From NCBI GenBank assembly GCA_023379675.1, contig JAMCPL010000010.1:51021-115020 (forward strand): a stretch of DNA of 64,000 nucleotides, written 5' to 3'. Origin of the DNA: Actinomycetota bacterium (GTDB lineage: Bacteria > Actinomycetota > Acidimicrobiia > Acidimicrobiales > JAMCPL01). Within the stretch, counting starts at the first letter, position 1, and every line of letters starts with the position of its first letter. Below the pieces are notes generated by a model that saw nothing but the letters and a program-made list of their open reading frames with translations, was not told where the DNA came from and searched no databases. Shown in pieces: positions 55,491 to 64,000 of the stretch. The translations under genes were made by a program, and so were the position numbers.

Positions 55491-56579
55491 ATGTTCGGAG
55501 TACCCAGTACGGGAAATGTCACAAGTATGGTGGATTTGGAGGCGCTACTTGGTGCGGATGCCGAGGACCTGCTGAGCCATACCTGCAAGGGTATTCCTAA
55601 AGAGATGCTGGAGTTGCCAGGGCCGGATTACCTGGACAGAGTGATGTCGGTCAGTGACCGTAACGCAACCGTCCTACGCAATCTGGGCACGCTCTATTCG
55701 CATGGCAACCTTGGAGGGACGGGATACTTGTCCATTCTCCCGGTGGATCAGGGCATCGAGCACTCAGCTGCAGCGAGCTTTTCAAAGAATCCCGCGTATT
55801 TCGATCCGTTCAAACTCTGCGAGCTGGCCGTGGAAGGGGGTTGCTCCGGTATCGCAACCACCCTAGGAGTGCTTGGCATGACTGCGAGGAAGTATGTCCA
55901 CAAGATACCATTTATAGTCAAGCTCAACCACAATGATCTGCTCGTCTACCCCAACCGGTACGATCAGATCATGTTCGCGTCGGTTCGTCAGGCCGCGGAT
56001 CTGGGTGCGGTGGGTGTCGGTGCTACGATATACTTTGGGTCGGAGGAGTCCTCGCGGCAGCTACAGGAGGTGTCAAGTGCGTTTGCCGAGGCTCATAGGA
56101 TGGGAATGTTTACCGTGCTGTGGTGCTACCTACGTAACAACGCGTTCAAGACGCCGGACGCGGATTACCATGTCGCAGCCGATCTCACCGGGCAGGCCAA
56201 TCACATTGGTGTGACCTTGGAGGCAGATCTGATAAAACAGAAACAGCCTGAGCTGAACGGTGGCTATACGGCGTTGCACTTCGGCAAGACCGATCCTCTT
56301 GTATACGATACCCTTGCCACGGATCATCCCGTGGATCTTACCCGTTGGCAGGTGGTCAACTGCTATTCAGGTCGTATCGGGCTGATCAATTCCGGTGGTG
56401 AGTCAAAGGGGGACACTGATCTGGCACAGGCCGTGCGAACAGCTGTCATTAACAAGCGAGCCGGTGGGACCGGGCTCATTGTAGGGCGGAAATCCTTCCA
56501 GCGTCCCATGGATGAAGGAGTGAAGCTGCTCCACGCCATCCAGGGTGTCTTTGCTGACTCCCGGATCACCATAGCCTGA
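55491..56579 (+). CDS. fbaB: Class I fructose-bisphosphate aldolase (FbaB/DhnA type)
   Basis: It is close to the E. coli FbaB pattern ([17 protein letters not shown]...[47 protein letters not shown]). The start is taken at the ATG at 55491, 8 nt after GGAGGA. Confidence 0.88.
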   Translation: MFGVPSTGNVTSMVDLEALLGADAEDLLSHTCKGIPKEMLELPGPDYLDRVMSVSDRNATVLRNLGTLYSHGNLGGTGYLSILPVDQGIEHSAAASFSKNPAYFDPFKLCELAVEGGCSGIATTLGVLGMTARKYVHKIPFIVKLNHNDLLVYPNRYDQIMFASVRQAADLGAVGVGATIYFGSEESSRQLQEVSSAFAEAHRMGMFTVLWCYLRNNAFKTPDADYHVAADLTGQANHIGVTLEADLIKQKQPELNGGYTALHFGKTDPLVYDTLATDHPVDLTRWQVVNCYSGRIGLINSGGESKGDTDLAQAVRTAVINKRAGGTGLIVGRKSFQRPMDEGVKLLHAIQGVFADSRITIA

Positions 56580-56595
56580 CGTACTTCGGTCTGCT

Positions 56596-56711
56596 GCGGC
56601 CATTATGCCGCAGCCCGGTGTCTTTACCAGCACGCGGGCACGCCGGTCGTGAGCGCTACAATGCGATGTAATTAGGCGGCCATTATGCCGCAGCCCGGTG
56701 TCTTTACCAGC
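56596..56711. repeat. Repeat-spacer-repeat unit 4: perfect 36-nt direct repeat x2 with a 44-nt spacer; each copy carries a hairpin
   Basis: GCGGCCATTATGCCGCAGCCCGGTGTCTTTACCAGC occurs at 56596-56631 and 56676-56711. GCGGC-CATTAT-GCCGC forms a stem-loop. The first copy starts 17 nt after the fbaB stop. Confidence 0.92.
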
Positions 56712-56919
56712 TATCGGATCACCATAGTGTAGCGCGTAGAAAGCGTTAAGAAACCAGCTATTCGCGCTAACAACGCGTTAAAAGGCTTCCATTCCGGTAG
56801 CTACACGTGTATAACGGTGCATATGGTACTGATTGACGGATGCAGGCTATGACCTGGCCCGAGATATTACGGATAGTTCATGAGCTGCGGCATGGCGGCC
56901 GCAGCGGATCTGGAGAGTC

Positions 56920-58707
56920 ATGACCTGGCAGGGAGTACTCCAGATATTTGTTCTTATGGGGATAGCGGCCATCCTCGCACGAGTGGTCGGTGGCTACATG
57001 TTCCTGGTGCTTGCCAGGGAAGGTGATGTCAGGTCGGCGAGATCTACGGGTGCTGCCGGGCCTGTAGCTCATACCCCTCTGCTCGATACATGGATCGGGA
57101 CGATAAAGTCTGTACTGGATCGAGTCATCGAACCTGTTGAGCAGGGGATATACCGGATATGCGGGATCAATCCAGATCAGGAGATGCGCTGGACCACGTA
57201 CGCATTTGCATTGCTTGCCGTGAACCTTGTCGGGTTTGCAGTGCTTTTCGTTCTCCTAGGCCTTCAGCAGTGGCTGCCGCTCAATCCTGCCCATATGCCG
57301 AAGATCCCATTCTGGGTAAGCCTGAATACGGCAATCAGTTTCACGACCAATACCAACTGGCAGGCTTACGCAGGGGAGGCGACACTCAGCTACCTGAGCC
57401 AGGCGTGGCTCGTGGTCCAGCAGTTCCTTTCCCCAGTGACCGGCATATGCCTCTTCCTGGCTGTTGCAAGGGGATTCTCCAGGCACAGCACCAAGACGCT
57501 CGGCAACTTCTGGCGCGATTTTGTAAGGACCCTGCTATGGATCGCTGTTCCGGGTGCGATTATCGGCACCATCGTGCTCATAGCCCTTGGTTCCCCGCAG
57601 AACCTGCACGCTTACACTCATGTCACCACCATCCAGGGAGTGCATCAGACTATTGCACAGGGCCCGGTCGCCTCAATGACATCAATCATGCAACTCGGCA
57701 ACAATGGCGGCGGATTTTTCAATATGAATGCCGGCCAACCCTTCGCCGGTCCCAATGTGGCATCGTTGCTTTTCCAGCTGATACTTGGTTTTGCAGTTCC
57801 ATCTGGATGCATATATCTGTTTGGCAGGATGGTGGCCGACGTTCGCCAGGCATGGGCAATCTTTGCGGCGATGGCGATACTTTTTGTTGCAGGCGCGTTG
57901 GTGGTATATGCATTCGAAGCGGCGGGAAATCCGATAATCAATGCGCTGCATCTTGCAGGCCATGGAAACTGGGTGGGGAAGGAGAGCAGGTTTGGCATAG
58001 GATCTAGTTCACTGTTCGAGAACTCCACCACAACCATATCGTGGGGATCTACAGCCGCGGCAAATGACTCACTCACGCCCTTGGCGGGCTTGGTGTTGCT
58101 TTTCAATATGAAAACGGGCGAGGTCATCTTCGGATCCTGGGGGGCAGGGATGATCGGGATGCTTGCCTATGCGGTGCTTGCCGTCTTTCTTGCAGGCCTC
58201 ATGGTGGGACGTACGCCGGAGTACCTTGGCAAGAAGATCGAGTCGTTCGAGGTGAAAATGTCCGTGCTTGCAATGGTGGTACCCAGCTTCGTCATACTCA
58301 TTCTGGCTGCTACATCGGTGGTGATAGGTCCTGGGTTGGCCGGCATCTATAATCCGGGTCCGCACGGCCTCTCGGAGGTGCTATACGCCTTCAGCTCGGG
58401 CGTGGGCAACAACGGTTCGGCTTTTGGTGGCCTCAACGCGGCATCCCCCTGGTATGCGGCAACGGTGGGTATAGCCATGTTGCTGGGGCGCTATGCCATG
58501 TATATACCGCTGGTTGCTCTCGGCGGCTCTCTGGCGGCCAAGCAGAGAATTCCTGCCGGTGCCGGCACCTTTCCTACCCATACTCCACTCTTTGTGGGGT
58601 TGCTCATCGGGACGGTGGTCATTGTAGGAGCTCTCGTGTTCTTTCCGGCCCTTGCGCTCGGACCCATAGCCGAACAGGTGGCCATGCATGCAGGGAGGCT
58701 GTTCTGA
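56920..58707 (+). CDS. kdpA: Potassium-transporting ATPase subunit KdpA
   Basis: [47 protein letters not shown] and [11 protein letters not shown] align with E. coli KdpA from memory. Confidence 0.95.
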   Translation: MTWQGVLQIFVLMGIAAILARVVGGYMFLVLAREGDVRSARSTGAAGPVAHTPLLDTWIGTIKSVLDRVIEPVEQGIYRICGINPDQEMRWTTYAFALLAVNLVGFAVLFVLLGLQQWLPLNPAHMPKIPFWVSLNTAISFTTNTNWQAYAGEATLSYLSQAWLVVQQFLSPVTGICLFLAVARGFSRHSTKTLGNFWRDFVRTLLWIAVPGAIIGTIVLIALGSPQNLHAYTHVTTIQGVHQTIAQGPVASMTSIMQLGNNGGGFFNMNAGQPFAGPNVASLLFQLILGFAVPSGCIYLFGRMVADVRQAWAIFAAMAILFVAGALVVYAFEAAGNPIINALHLAGHGNWVGKESRFGIGSSSLFENSTTTISWGSTAAANDSLTPLAGLVLLFNMKTGEVIFGSWGAGMIGMLAYAVLAVFLAGLMVGRTPEYLGKKIESFEVKMSVLAMVVPSFVILILAATSVVIGPGLAGIYNPGPHGLSEVLYAFSSGVGNNGSAFGGLNAASPWYAATVGIAMLLGRYAMYIPLVALGGSLAAKQRIPAGAGTFPTHTPLFVGLLIGTVVIVGALVFFPALALGPIAEQVAMHAGRLF

Positions 58708-60815
58708 TGGGTGGCGACACGCTTACAGTGGTTGAGACCGGAGCCGGAGACCGGAGGCCCAAGCAGGAATCCTTCTGGACAAGGGAATCTGTGGTGCATG
58801 GGTTCAAGCAGGCTGTCGTCAAGCTCAACCCGTTGGACCTAATGCACAATCCGGTCATGTTTGCAGTGGAGGTGGGGGCAGCTCTTACTACTATCGACAC
58901 GTTGCGTTACCTGGTTGACGGGAACGCCACATCCCTCGCTTTTGTCGGGCAGATCACCATCTGGCTATGGCTCACCGTGCTGTTCGCAACGTTTGCAGAG
59001 GCAATGGCGGAGGGGAGGGGAGCGGCTCACGCCGAGTTCCTGCGCCAGTCCAGGACAGAGACGGTGGCACGTAAGGTCATGTCCGACGGGTCAATCCAGG
59101 ATATTCCAGCGACTGATCTCCAGAAGGGTGATGTCGTGGTCGTCTCGGCAGGGGAGGTGATTCCCGGCGATGGTGAGGTGAAGGAGGGAATTGCAGCGGT
59201 CGACGAGTCGGCCATCACCGGTGAGTCCGCTCCGGTAATCCGAGAGTCCGGCGGTGATCGTAGCGCTGTCACCGGTGGCACCAAAGTCATATCCGACGAG
59301 CTGCGGATAGAAATCACCGCAGGTAGGGGTGAGTCATTCCTGGACAAGATGATAGAGCTGATCGAGTCGGCCAAGCGCTATAAGACGCCCAACGAGATAG
59401 CGCTGGCGTTGCTGCTTGCTGGCTTGACTCTGATATTCCTGGTTGTGACTGTCACGCTGGAGCCCATGTCAGTATATGCAAAGTCCCCGGTTGGAATTAC
59501 TGTGCTCATAGCTCTCCTAGTGGCGCTCGCTCCGACCACAATAGGCGGCCTTCTCTCGGCTATCGGTATCTCTGGCATGAACAGGCTGTTCGAACGAAAC
59601 GTCCTTGCGCTGTCCGGTAGGGCCGTGGAGGCGGCAGGCGATGCTAATGTGATCATGCTCGACAAGACCGGAACGCTGACCATAGGCAATCGCCAGGCAA
59701 CAGAGTTCATACCTACATCGGGCATATCGGAGCGCGAGCTGGCTGAGGCCGCGCAACTGTCTTCACTGGCAGATGAGACCCCGGAAGGACGCTCCATTGT
59801 AGTGCTTGCGAAAGAGCGCTACGGGCTCAGGGAAGTGGATCTTCCGGAGAATGAGGTGGAGTTTGTCCCGTTCAGCGCCGAGACGCGCATGAGTGGTGTC
59901 AATTACAAGGGCAGGGAGATAAGAAAGGGCGCTGTCGATTCGGTGTGCAGCTGGACGGGATGCCAGACTGATACGGCCCTGGGGCTTGGCATAGATCGTA
60001 TAGCCAGATCGGGCGGTACGCCGTTACTGGTTTCGGAGGGCAAGAGGATACTTGGCGCTATACACCTGAAGGACGTGGTGAAGGAGGGGATCCACGAAAA
60101 GCTCAATGCTCTGCGTGAAGCCGGTATCAAGACGGTGATGATCACAGGAGACAACCCGGTTACCGCCGAAGCGATAGCAAAAGAGGTCGGAGTGGACGAC
60201 TTCCTCTCCGAGGCCACTCCCGAGAAGAAGATGGACTACGTGAGGCAGATGAAGGCTGAGGGGTACATGGTGGCCATGGTGGGCGATGGCACCAATGATG
60301 CTCCCGCGCTGGCCAATGCCGATGTTGCGGTTGCCATGAATACTGGCACCATGGCTGCCCGTGAGGCAGGCAACATGATCGATCTGGATTCCAATCCAAC
60401 CAAGCTGATAGAGATCGTAGAAGTCGGCAAGCAGATCCTCATAACCAGAGGTGCGTTGACCACGTTTTCCGTCACCAACGATATTGCGAAGTATTTTGCC
60501 ATCATACCTGCAATGTTCGTATCACTCTATATTGCCGGGCACAAGGCCGTCAGCCTGGGAGCGCTCAACATTATGCGCCTCACCTCACCCCAGACCGCCA
60601 TCCTTTCGGCGATCATCTTCAATGCGCTTATCATTCCCGTGCTCATACCACTGGCCCTCAAGGGGGTGAAATACCGTCCGTCGTCGGCGGCGGTACTGTT
60701 GCGCCGGAACTTGTTTGTCTATGGCCTAGGCGGTCTGATCGTGCCTTTCGTGGGGATAAAGCTTATAGATATGGTGGTTACGGCACTTCACCTGGTGTCT
60801 ACAACGGTGCATTGA
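58707..60815 (+). CDS. kdpB: Potassium-transporting P-type ATPase subunit KdpB
   Basis: [17 protein letters not shown] and [12 protein letters not shown] are present. Length is 702 aa. The start overlaps the kdpA stop (TGATG). Confidence 0.96.
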   Translation: MGGDTLTVVETGAGDRRPKQESFWTRESVVHGFKQAVVKLNPLDLMHNPVMFAVEVGAALTTIDTLRYLVDGNATSLAFVGQITIWLWLTVLFATFAEAMAEGRGAAHAEFLRQSRTETVARKVMSDGSIQDIPATDLQKGDVVVVSAGEVIPGDGEVKEGIAAVDESAITGESAPVIRESGGDRSAVTGGTKVISDELRIEITAGRGESFLDKMIELIESAKRYKTPNEIALALLLAGLTLIFLVVTVTLEPMSVYAKSPVGITVLIALLVALAPTTIGGLLSAIGISGMNRLFERNVLALSGRAVEAAGDANVIMLDKTGTLTIGNRQATEFIPTSGISERELAEAAQLSSLADETPEGRSIVVLAKERYGLREVDLPENEVEFVPFSAETRMSGVNYKGREIRKGAVDSVCSWTGCQTDTALGLGIDRIARSGGTPLLVSEGKRILGAIHLKDVVKEGIHEKLNALREAGIKTVMITGDNPVTAEAIAKEVGVDDFLSEATPEKKMDYVRQMKAEGYMVAMVGDGTNDAPALANADVAVAMNTGTMAAREAGNMIDLDSNPTKLIEIVEVGKQILITRGALTTFSVTNDIAKYFAIIPAMFVSLYIAGHKAVSLGALNIMRLTSPQTAILSAIIFNALIIPVLIPLALKGVKYRPSSAAVLLRRNLFVYGLGGLIVPFVGIKLIDMVVTALHLVSTTVH

Positions 60816-60855
60816 TGGTCGGCAGCGCGATTGGCAGCGTAGAAAGGAGAGTACG

Positions 60856-61536
60856 ATGACATCGAGAATGTTGTGGACCAGTACAAAACTCGTACTGCTG
60901 TCGTGTGTATTCCTTGGGATAGTGTACATGCTGGCGATGACCGGGTTTGCCGAGGTTGTATTTCCCAGCCAGGCCAACGGGAGCCTGGTGCACTATCATG
61001 GACACGTGGTCGGTTCCAAGCTGATTGGAGAGCAGTTTACCTCGGCGGGCTTTTTTCAGGGGAGGCCAAGCGCCACCTCGCCTGCCTACAACGCAGCGGA
61101 TTCCTCGGCATCGAATCTTGGTCCCACCAACAAGCTTCTCATAGGGCATGTAAAGGCTCGTATCCAGGCATTTCTGAAGGAAAATCCAGGGATCAAAGTC
61201 AACCAGATACCGCCCAGCCTCGTAGAGAGTTCCGACAGTGGTCTCGATCCTGACATTACGCCGGCAGACGCCTACGTGCAGGTTCCAAGAGTGGCAAGGG
61301 CTGACCATCTGCCACAGGCCACCGTTCGCAAGGTGATCTCTGAAAATATACATGGCAGGTTCCTCGGAATATTTGGCCACTCCTATGTGAATGTGCTCGA
61401 GATGAATCTGGCCCTGCTGAGGGCGCAATCCGCTACGGGCGTGAGCGCAGGTACGAGAACGCACGGTATCTCTGCACCTGCAACCGCACCTGGTCACGTT
61501 GACCCTGGTGCCGACCCAGGAGCGCGAAAGAGATGA
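60856..61536 (+). CDS. kdpC: Potassium-transporting ATPase subunit KdpC (with C-terminal extension)
   Basis: N-terminal TM with ..FPSQANGSLV.. and SGLDPDITPADAYVQVPRVA are present. Confidence 0.9.
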   Translation: MTSRMLWTSTKLVLLSCVFLGIVYMLAMTGFAEVVFPSQANGSLVHYHGHVVGSKLIGEQFTSAGFFQGRPSATSPAYNAADSSASNLGPTNKLLIGHVKARIQAFLKENPGIKVNQIPPSLVESSDSGLDPDITPADAYVQVPRVARADHLPQATVRKVISENIHGRFLGIFGHSYVNVLEMNLALLRAQSATGVSAGTRTHGISAPATAPGHVDPGADPGARKR

Positions 61537-61548
61537 AGGGTTGAGGAA

Positions 61549-61641
61549 ATGTACGTTGTCTATTACATACTTGCGATAGCGGCCATCGGTATGATCTTTT
61601 GGCTGTTTGTCGCTTATGCCAAGGGCATTGACAGGCTATGA
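61549..61641 (+). CDS. 30-aa hydrophobic micro-protein (KdpF-like paralogue)
   Basis: MYVVYYILAIAAIGMIFWLFVAYAKGIDRL. GAGGAA lies directly upstream. It starts 12 nt after the kdpC stop and ends ..GAC AGG CTA TGA, parallel to the next micro-ORF. Confidence 0.5.
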   Translation: MYVVYYILAIAAIGMIFWLFVAYAKGIDRL

Positions 61642-61702
61642 GCCAGGTCGGGCGCGTGATCGACATGTCCAGGGTTTCTGAGATCGTGAGGAGTGGTGGA
61701 CT

Positions 61703-61792
61703 GTGAGTGCATTTGAATGGATAGGGCTGGTGGTTAGCGTGGCGTTGCTCGTGTTCCTCTTCTATGCCATGCTCTTCCCTGACAAGCTATGA
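61703..61792 (+). CDS. kdpF: KdpF-like 29-aa single-TM peptide
   Basis: VSAFEWIGLVVSVALLVFLFYAMLFPDKL fits the KdpF pattern (hydrophobic helix then Y..L..P[ED][KR][FL]). GAGGAG lies 9 nt upstream of the GTG. Confidence 0.6.
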   Translation: MSAFEWIGLVVSVALLVFLFYAMLFPDKL

Positions 61793-61800
61793 TCTATTAG

Positions 61801-62220
61801 GTGGTTCAGCCAGGCATAAGAATAGGAGAAGCTGCCGCAAGAGCAGATGCCTCAGTAAGGACGCTGAGATATTACGAGGAGGTGGGCCTGCTCGAACCTT
61901 CTTCGCGCTCTGCCGGAGGGGAGCGGCGGTACAGCTACACTGATATAGAGAGAGTGCTGCGCATCAGGGAATTGAAGTCTCTCATGGGATTCAATCTGGA
62001 TGAGATAAAAAGCATTCTGGCTGCCGAGGATGAGTTGGCCGTACTCAAGGAAGAAGTGAATTCAGGCAGTGTCGAGGTACAGAGGCGCCGTGAGATACGC
62101 TTGGAGGCCATACGCATACTGGAGCGGGTACGGGAGAGGATAGCCGTGCAGGCAGGCCGGCTCAAAGTATTCGACGACGAGATTGCCCGTCGTATCGAAC
62201 GCATCCAGGCAAAGCTGTAA
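61801..62220 (+). CDS. MerR family transcriptional regulator
   Basis: IRIGEAAARADASVRTLRYYEEVGLLEPSSRSAGGERRYSYTDIERVLRIRELK followed by a coiled coil. Confidence 0.9.
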   Translation: MVQPGIRIGEAAARADASVRTLRYYEEVGLLEPSSRSAGGERRYSYTDIERVLRIRELKSLMGFNLDEIKSILAAEDELAVLKEEVNSGSVEVQRRREIRLEAIRILERVRERIAVQAGRLKVFDDEIARRIERIQAKL

Positions 62221-62290
62221 GTACCAGAAGCGCTGGGCGGGCATCCTCACCCATGGATACAAACCATGGGCTTGCGGGGCGAGGCTGGGG

Positions 62291-63751
62291 TCAGAAATGC
62301 AGATCGGAGAGTTCGGGCACTGTACGGCATGCCCTGTCACGTGCAGCCAGGAAGCGACCACGCCGCAGGGTGCGCTCATCATCGCTGTATCTGGGTTCCA
62401 TCACTTTTGCCGGGCGGTACAATTTCGCAAGGTCGTCCGTGTCACGCCATATACCTACAGCCATCCCTGCCAGCAAGCCAGCGCCGAGCGTGGTGGCCTC
62501 CGTAACCCGGGATACTTCCACAGGACGTCCAGACAGATCGGCCAGCATCTGGGCAAATATCTCGTTGGTGGACATGCCTCCATCCATCCTCACGGTAGGT
62601 ATCCTGAGACCTGTGTCCTGCTCGGCTGCATCGATCAGGTCCACGCCGCGATGAGCGATACCTTCCAGGACGGCCCGGACCATCTGAGCCTTGGTGGTTC
62701 CGCCCGTGACGCCGAAGAACGCTCCCCTGGCGCCGAAATCCCATACGGGCGTACCCAAACCCATGAGCGCCGGCACGAAGTATACGTCCCTCGTATCATT
62801 GCACGATGCAGCAGCGGTGGCGGATTCCTCCGGAGAGTCGATTAGACCGAGATCGTCGACGAGCCAGGTCACTGCCGCTCCCGCCGCAAGCATGAGAGCT
62901 TCCACTCCCCAGGTAAGTGCGGCATTGCGCTGCCAGGCAATTATTGGTATGGTAGCGCCCGCAGGCCCTGTGTAAGAGAACTGGGGGCGCATATCACCCG
63001 TGCAGCAGTCGAGCATTGCTCCGGTTCCAAATGTGATCTTCGCTGATCCGGCATGCGTGCAGCCCTGACCGGCCATGGATGCCTGCTGATCGCCGACCAT
63101 TGCCGTTACCGGAGGGCGACCTGGTAGGATCGAGGCGATACCCGCCACGCCGGAGGTGTCCACCACCTGCGGCAGGCAGCTCTCAGGTATCCGCAGCACT
63201 GACAGGAGATCTGCGTTCCAGCCCGTGCCGTCATCGCGCAAAAGAGCGGTCATGGCTGCATTGCTCGCGTCGGTCACATGGATGGCTCCAGCGGAAAGTT
63301 TCAGGGCAATCCAGGAATCCACCGTACCGAAACAGAGGTCCCTGGTTCTCTCCGGATCGACCGAGTCCATAATCGCCTCTACCTTTGTGGCCGAGGCGTT
63401 TGGCGGGACATGGTAGCCCATGCCTGCCAGTTCCACACACCTGAATACCGTGCGCAGGTCCTGCCATCCGATGGCGGGTGCAACCGGCTTGCTGGTTTTC
63501 CGGTCCCATACCACAGTCGTGGAGCGCTGGTTGGTGATGCCAACGGCTGCCACCGATCCGGCCTGCTGCAGCACTGAGATTGCCAGTTCCACGGCGTCAC
63601 GCGCAAGAGCTTCCGCATCCAGTTCGAGCATACCTGGTGCAGGTATGGCGGAAGCAAGCCTTTTTTGCTGGAGGTGCCCGACTTCACCTTCAGGCGTTAC
63701 GAGCCCGGCCCGTATAGAAGTGGTACCAACATCAATGACCAGTATGCTCAT
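62291..63751 (-). CDS. glpK: FGGY family carbohydrate kinase, glycerol-kinase-like
   Basis: ILVIDVGTTSIRAGLV, FGTVDSWIALKLSAGAIHVTDASNA, MDGGMSTNEIFAQMLADL and ATTLGAGLLAGMAVGIW are present. Confidence 0.75.
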   Translation of the reverse strand: MSILVIDVGTTSIRAGLVTPEGEVGHLQQKRLASAIPAPGMLELDAEALARDAVELAISVLQQAGSVAAVGITNQRSTTVVWDRKTSKPVAPAIGWQDLRTVFRCVELAGMGYHVPPNASATKVEAIMDSVDPERTRDLCFGTVDSWIALKLSAGAIHVTDASNAAMTALLRDDGTGWNADLLSVLRIPESCLPQVVDTSGVAGIASILPGRPPVTAMVGDQQASMAGQGCTHAGSAKITFGTGAMLDCCTGDMRPQFSYTGPAGATIPIIAWQRNAALTWGVEALMLAAGAAVTWLVDDLGLIDSPEESATAAASCNDTRDVYFVPALMGLGTPVWDFGARGAFFGVTGGTTKAQMVRAVLEGIAHRGVDLIDAAEQDTGLRIPTVRMDGGMSTNEIFAQMLADLSGRPVEVSRVTEATTLGAGLLAGMAVGIWRDTDDLAKLYRPAKVMEPRYSDDERTLRRGRFLAARDRACRTVPELSDLHF

Positions 63752-63755
63752 TTAC

Positions 63756-64000
63756 CTATCTTACCGTCTCATCTCCCACCGTCTCATCTCCCACCGTCTC
63801 ATCTCCCACTTGGCCGGAATCGTCAGACTTTCCCAGGAGAGCGATGATCATGGCATCGGCAGCCAGGAAGATCACAGCTATCCAGGTAAGGGTGCTTGCA
63901 GTGGCAAACTGGGGTGCCCAGCCTGCGCCAGGCAGGAAACGTTCCACGGCCTGGCGATAGACCATGTATGTCCCGGTTGCCACTACGGTCGTGAGGGCGG
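63756..64000 (-). CDS. Membrane protein, 5' partial (runs off window end), with a C-terminal (GDETV)x3 repeat
   Basis: The frame is open to position 64000. It has a hydrophobic segment LTWIAVIFLAADAMIIALLG. It ends 4 nt upstream of the glpK-like start, so the two may form an operon. Confidence 0.5.
   Translation of the reverse strand, partial: ALTTVVATGTYMVYRQAVERFLPGAGWAPQFATASTLTWIAVIFLAADAMIIALLGKSDDSGQVGDETVGDETVGDETVR

Noticed and set aside
40939-56711. Calling the four repeat pairs bona fide CRISPR arrays.
   Set aside because: Each locus has only two repeats and one spacer, the four repeat sequences are unrelated, and no cas genes or leader are in the window. They are reported as repeat-spacer-repeat units with an ectopic-integration hypothesis, not as arrays.
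56580-56919. c-di-AMP (ydaO/kimA-type) riboswitch upstream of kdpA.
   Set aside because: I could not find the conserved ACGGGG/GGGGA..CCCA-type cores of that class. Only hairpins and the 36-nt repeat pair are visible, and a covariance-model scan would be needed.
56849-56923. 24-codon ORF overlapping the kdpA start as a candidate kdpF.
   Set aside because: The peptide [24 protein letters not shown] is hydrophilic with no TM helix. Better KdpF-like ORFs lie after kdpC.

Overview
This is a high-GC (roughly 55-60% by eye) chromosomal segment of actinobacterial type. SepF, DivIVA/Wag31, a Bpa proteasome activator ending in ..GTYL and a long type-2 IleRS point to Actinomycetota; a finer placement would be a guess. 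All calls come from motifs read in the supplied translations and the raw DNA, and no database search was possible.

Gene content in order:
- rimM-trmD-rplS.
- A PIG-L deacetylase with nrdR on the minus strand.
- A ROK kinase and a lipoate-ligase-like gene.
- A long dcw cell-wall/division cluster: mraZ-rsmH-ftsL-like-ftsI-murE-mraY-murD-ftsW-murG-murC-murB-ftsZ-pgeF-yggS-sepF-yggT-divIVA. No murF, ddl or ftsQ was seen in it.
- ileS on the minus strand, then a DksA/TraR zinc-finger protein with a long Lys/Ala/Pro-rich N-terminus, lspA and rluD.
- A decayed LuxR-type gene and a GT-C membrane glycosyltransferase.
- A sugar/polyol locus (two Zn-ADHs, xylB, rbsK) containing three truncated gene remnants: LacI, an ABC ATPase and an SDR.
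- A sigma-70 family factor, bpa and dnaE.
- Two unassigned ORFs, an SDR, an Rrf2 regulator and an AlkP-family protein.
- A hybrid histidine kinase, LysR and MarR regulators, and a TPR protein.
- fbaB, kdpABC followed by two KdpF-like micro-ORFs, a MerR regulator, and a glpK-like kinase.

No rRNA, tRNA, transposase or cas gene was recognised.

The most unusual signal is four separate intergenic or gene-3'-end loci (about 40.9, 45.7, 52.4 and 56.6 kb). Each carries a different perfect or near-perfect 36-37-nt direct repeat pair split by a unique 35-44-nt insert. This constant, ruler-like geometry is what ectopic Cas1-Cas2 spacer integration ('neo-CRISPR' units) would leave. That reading is a hypothesis and needs the rest of the genome to test.

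The window is also rich in short tandem duplications (10-17 nt) placed exactly at gene boundaries.
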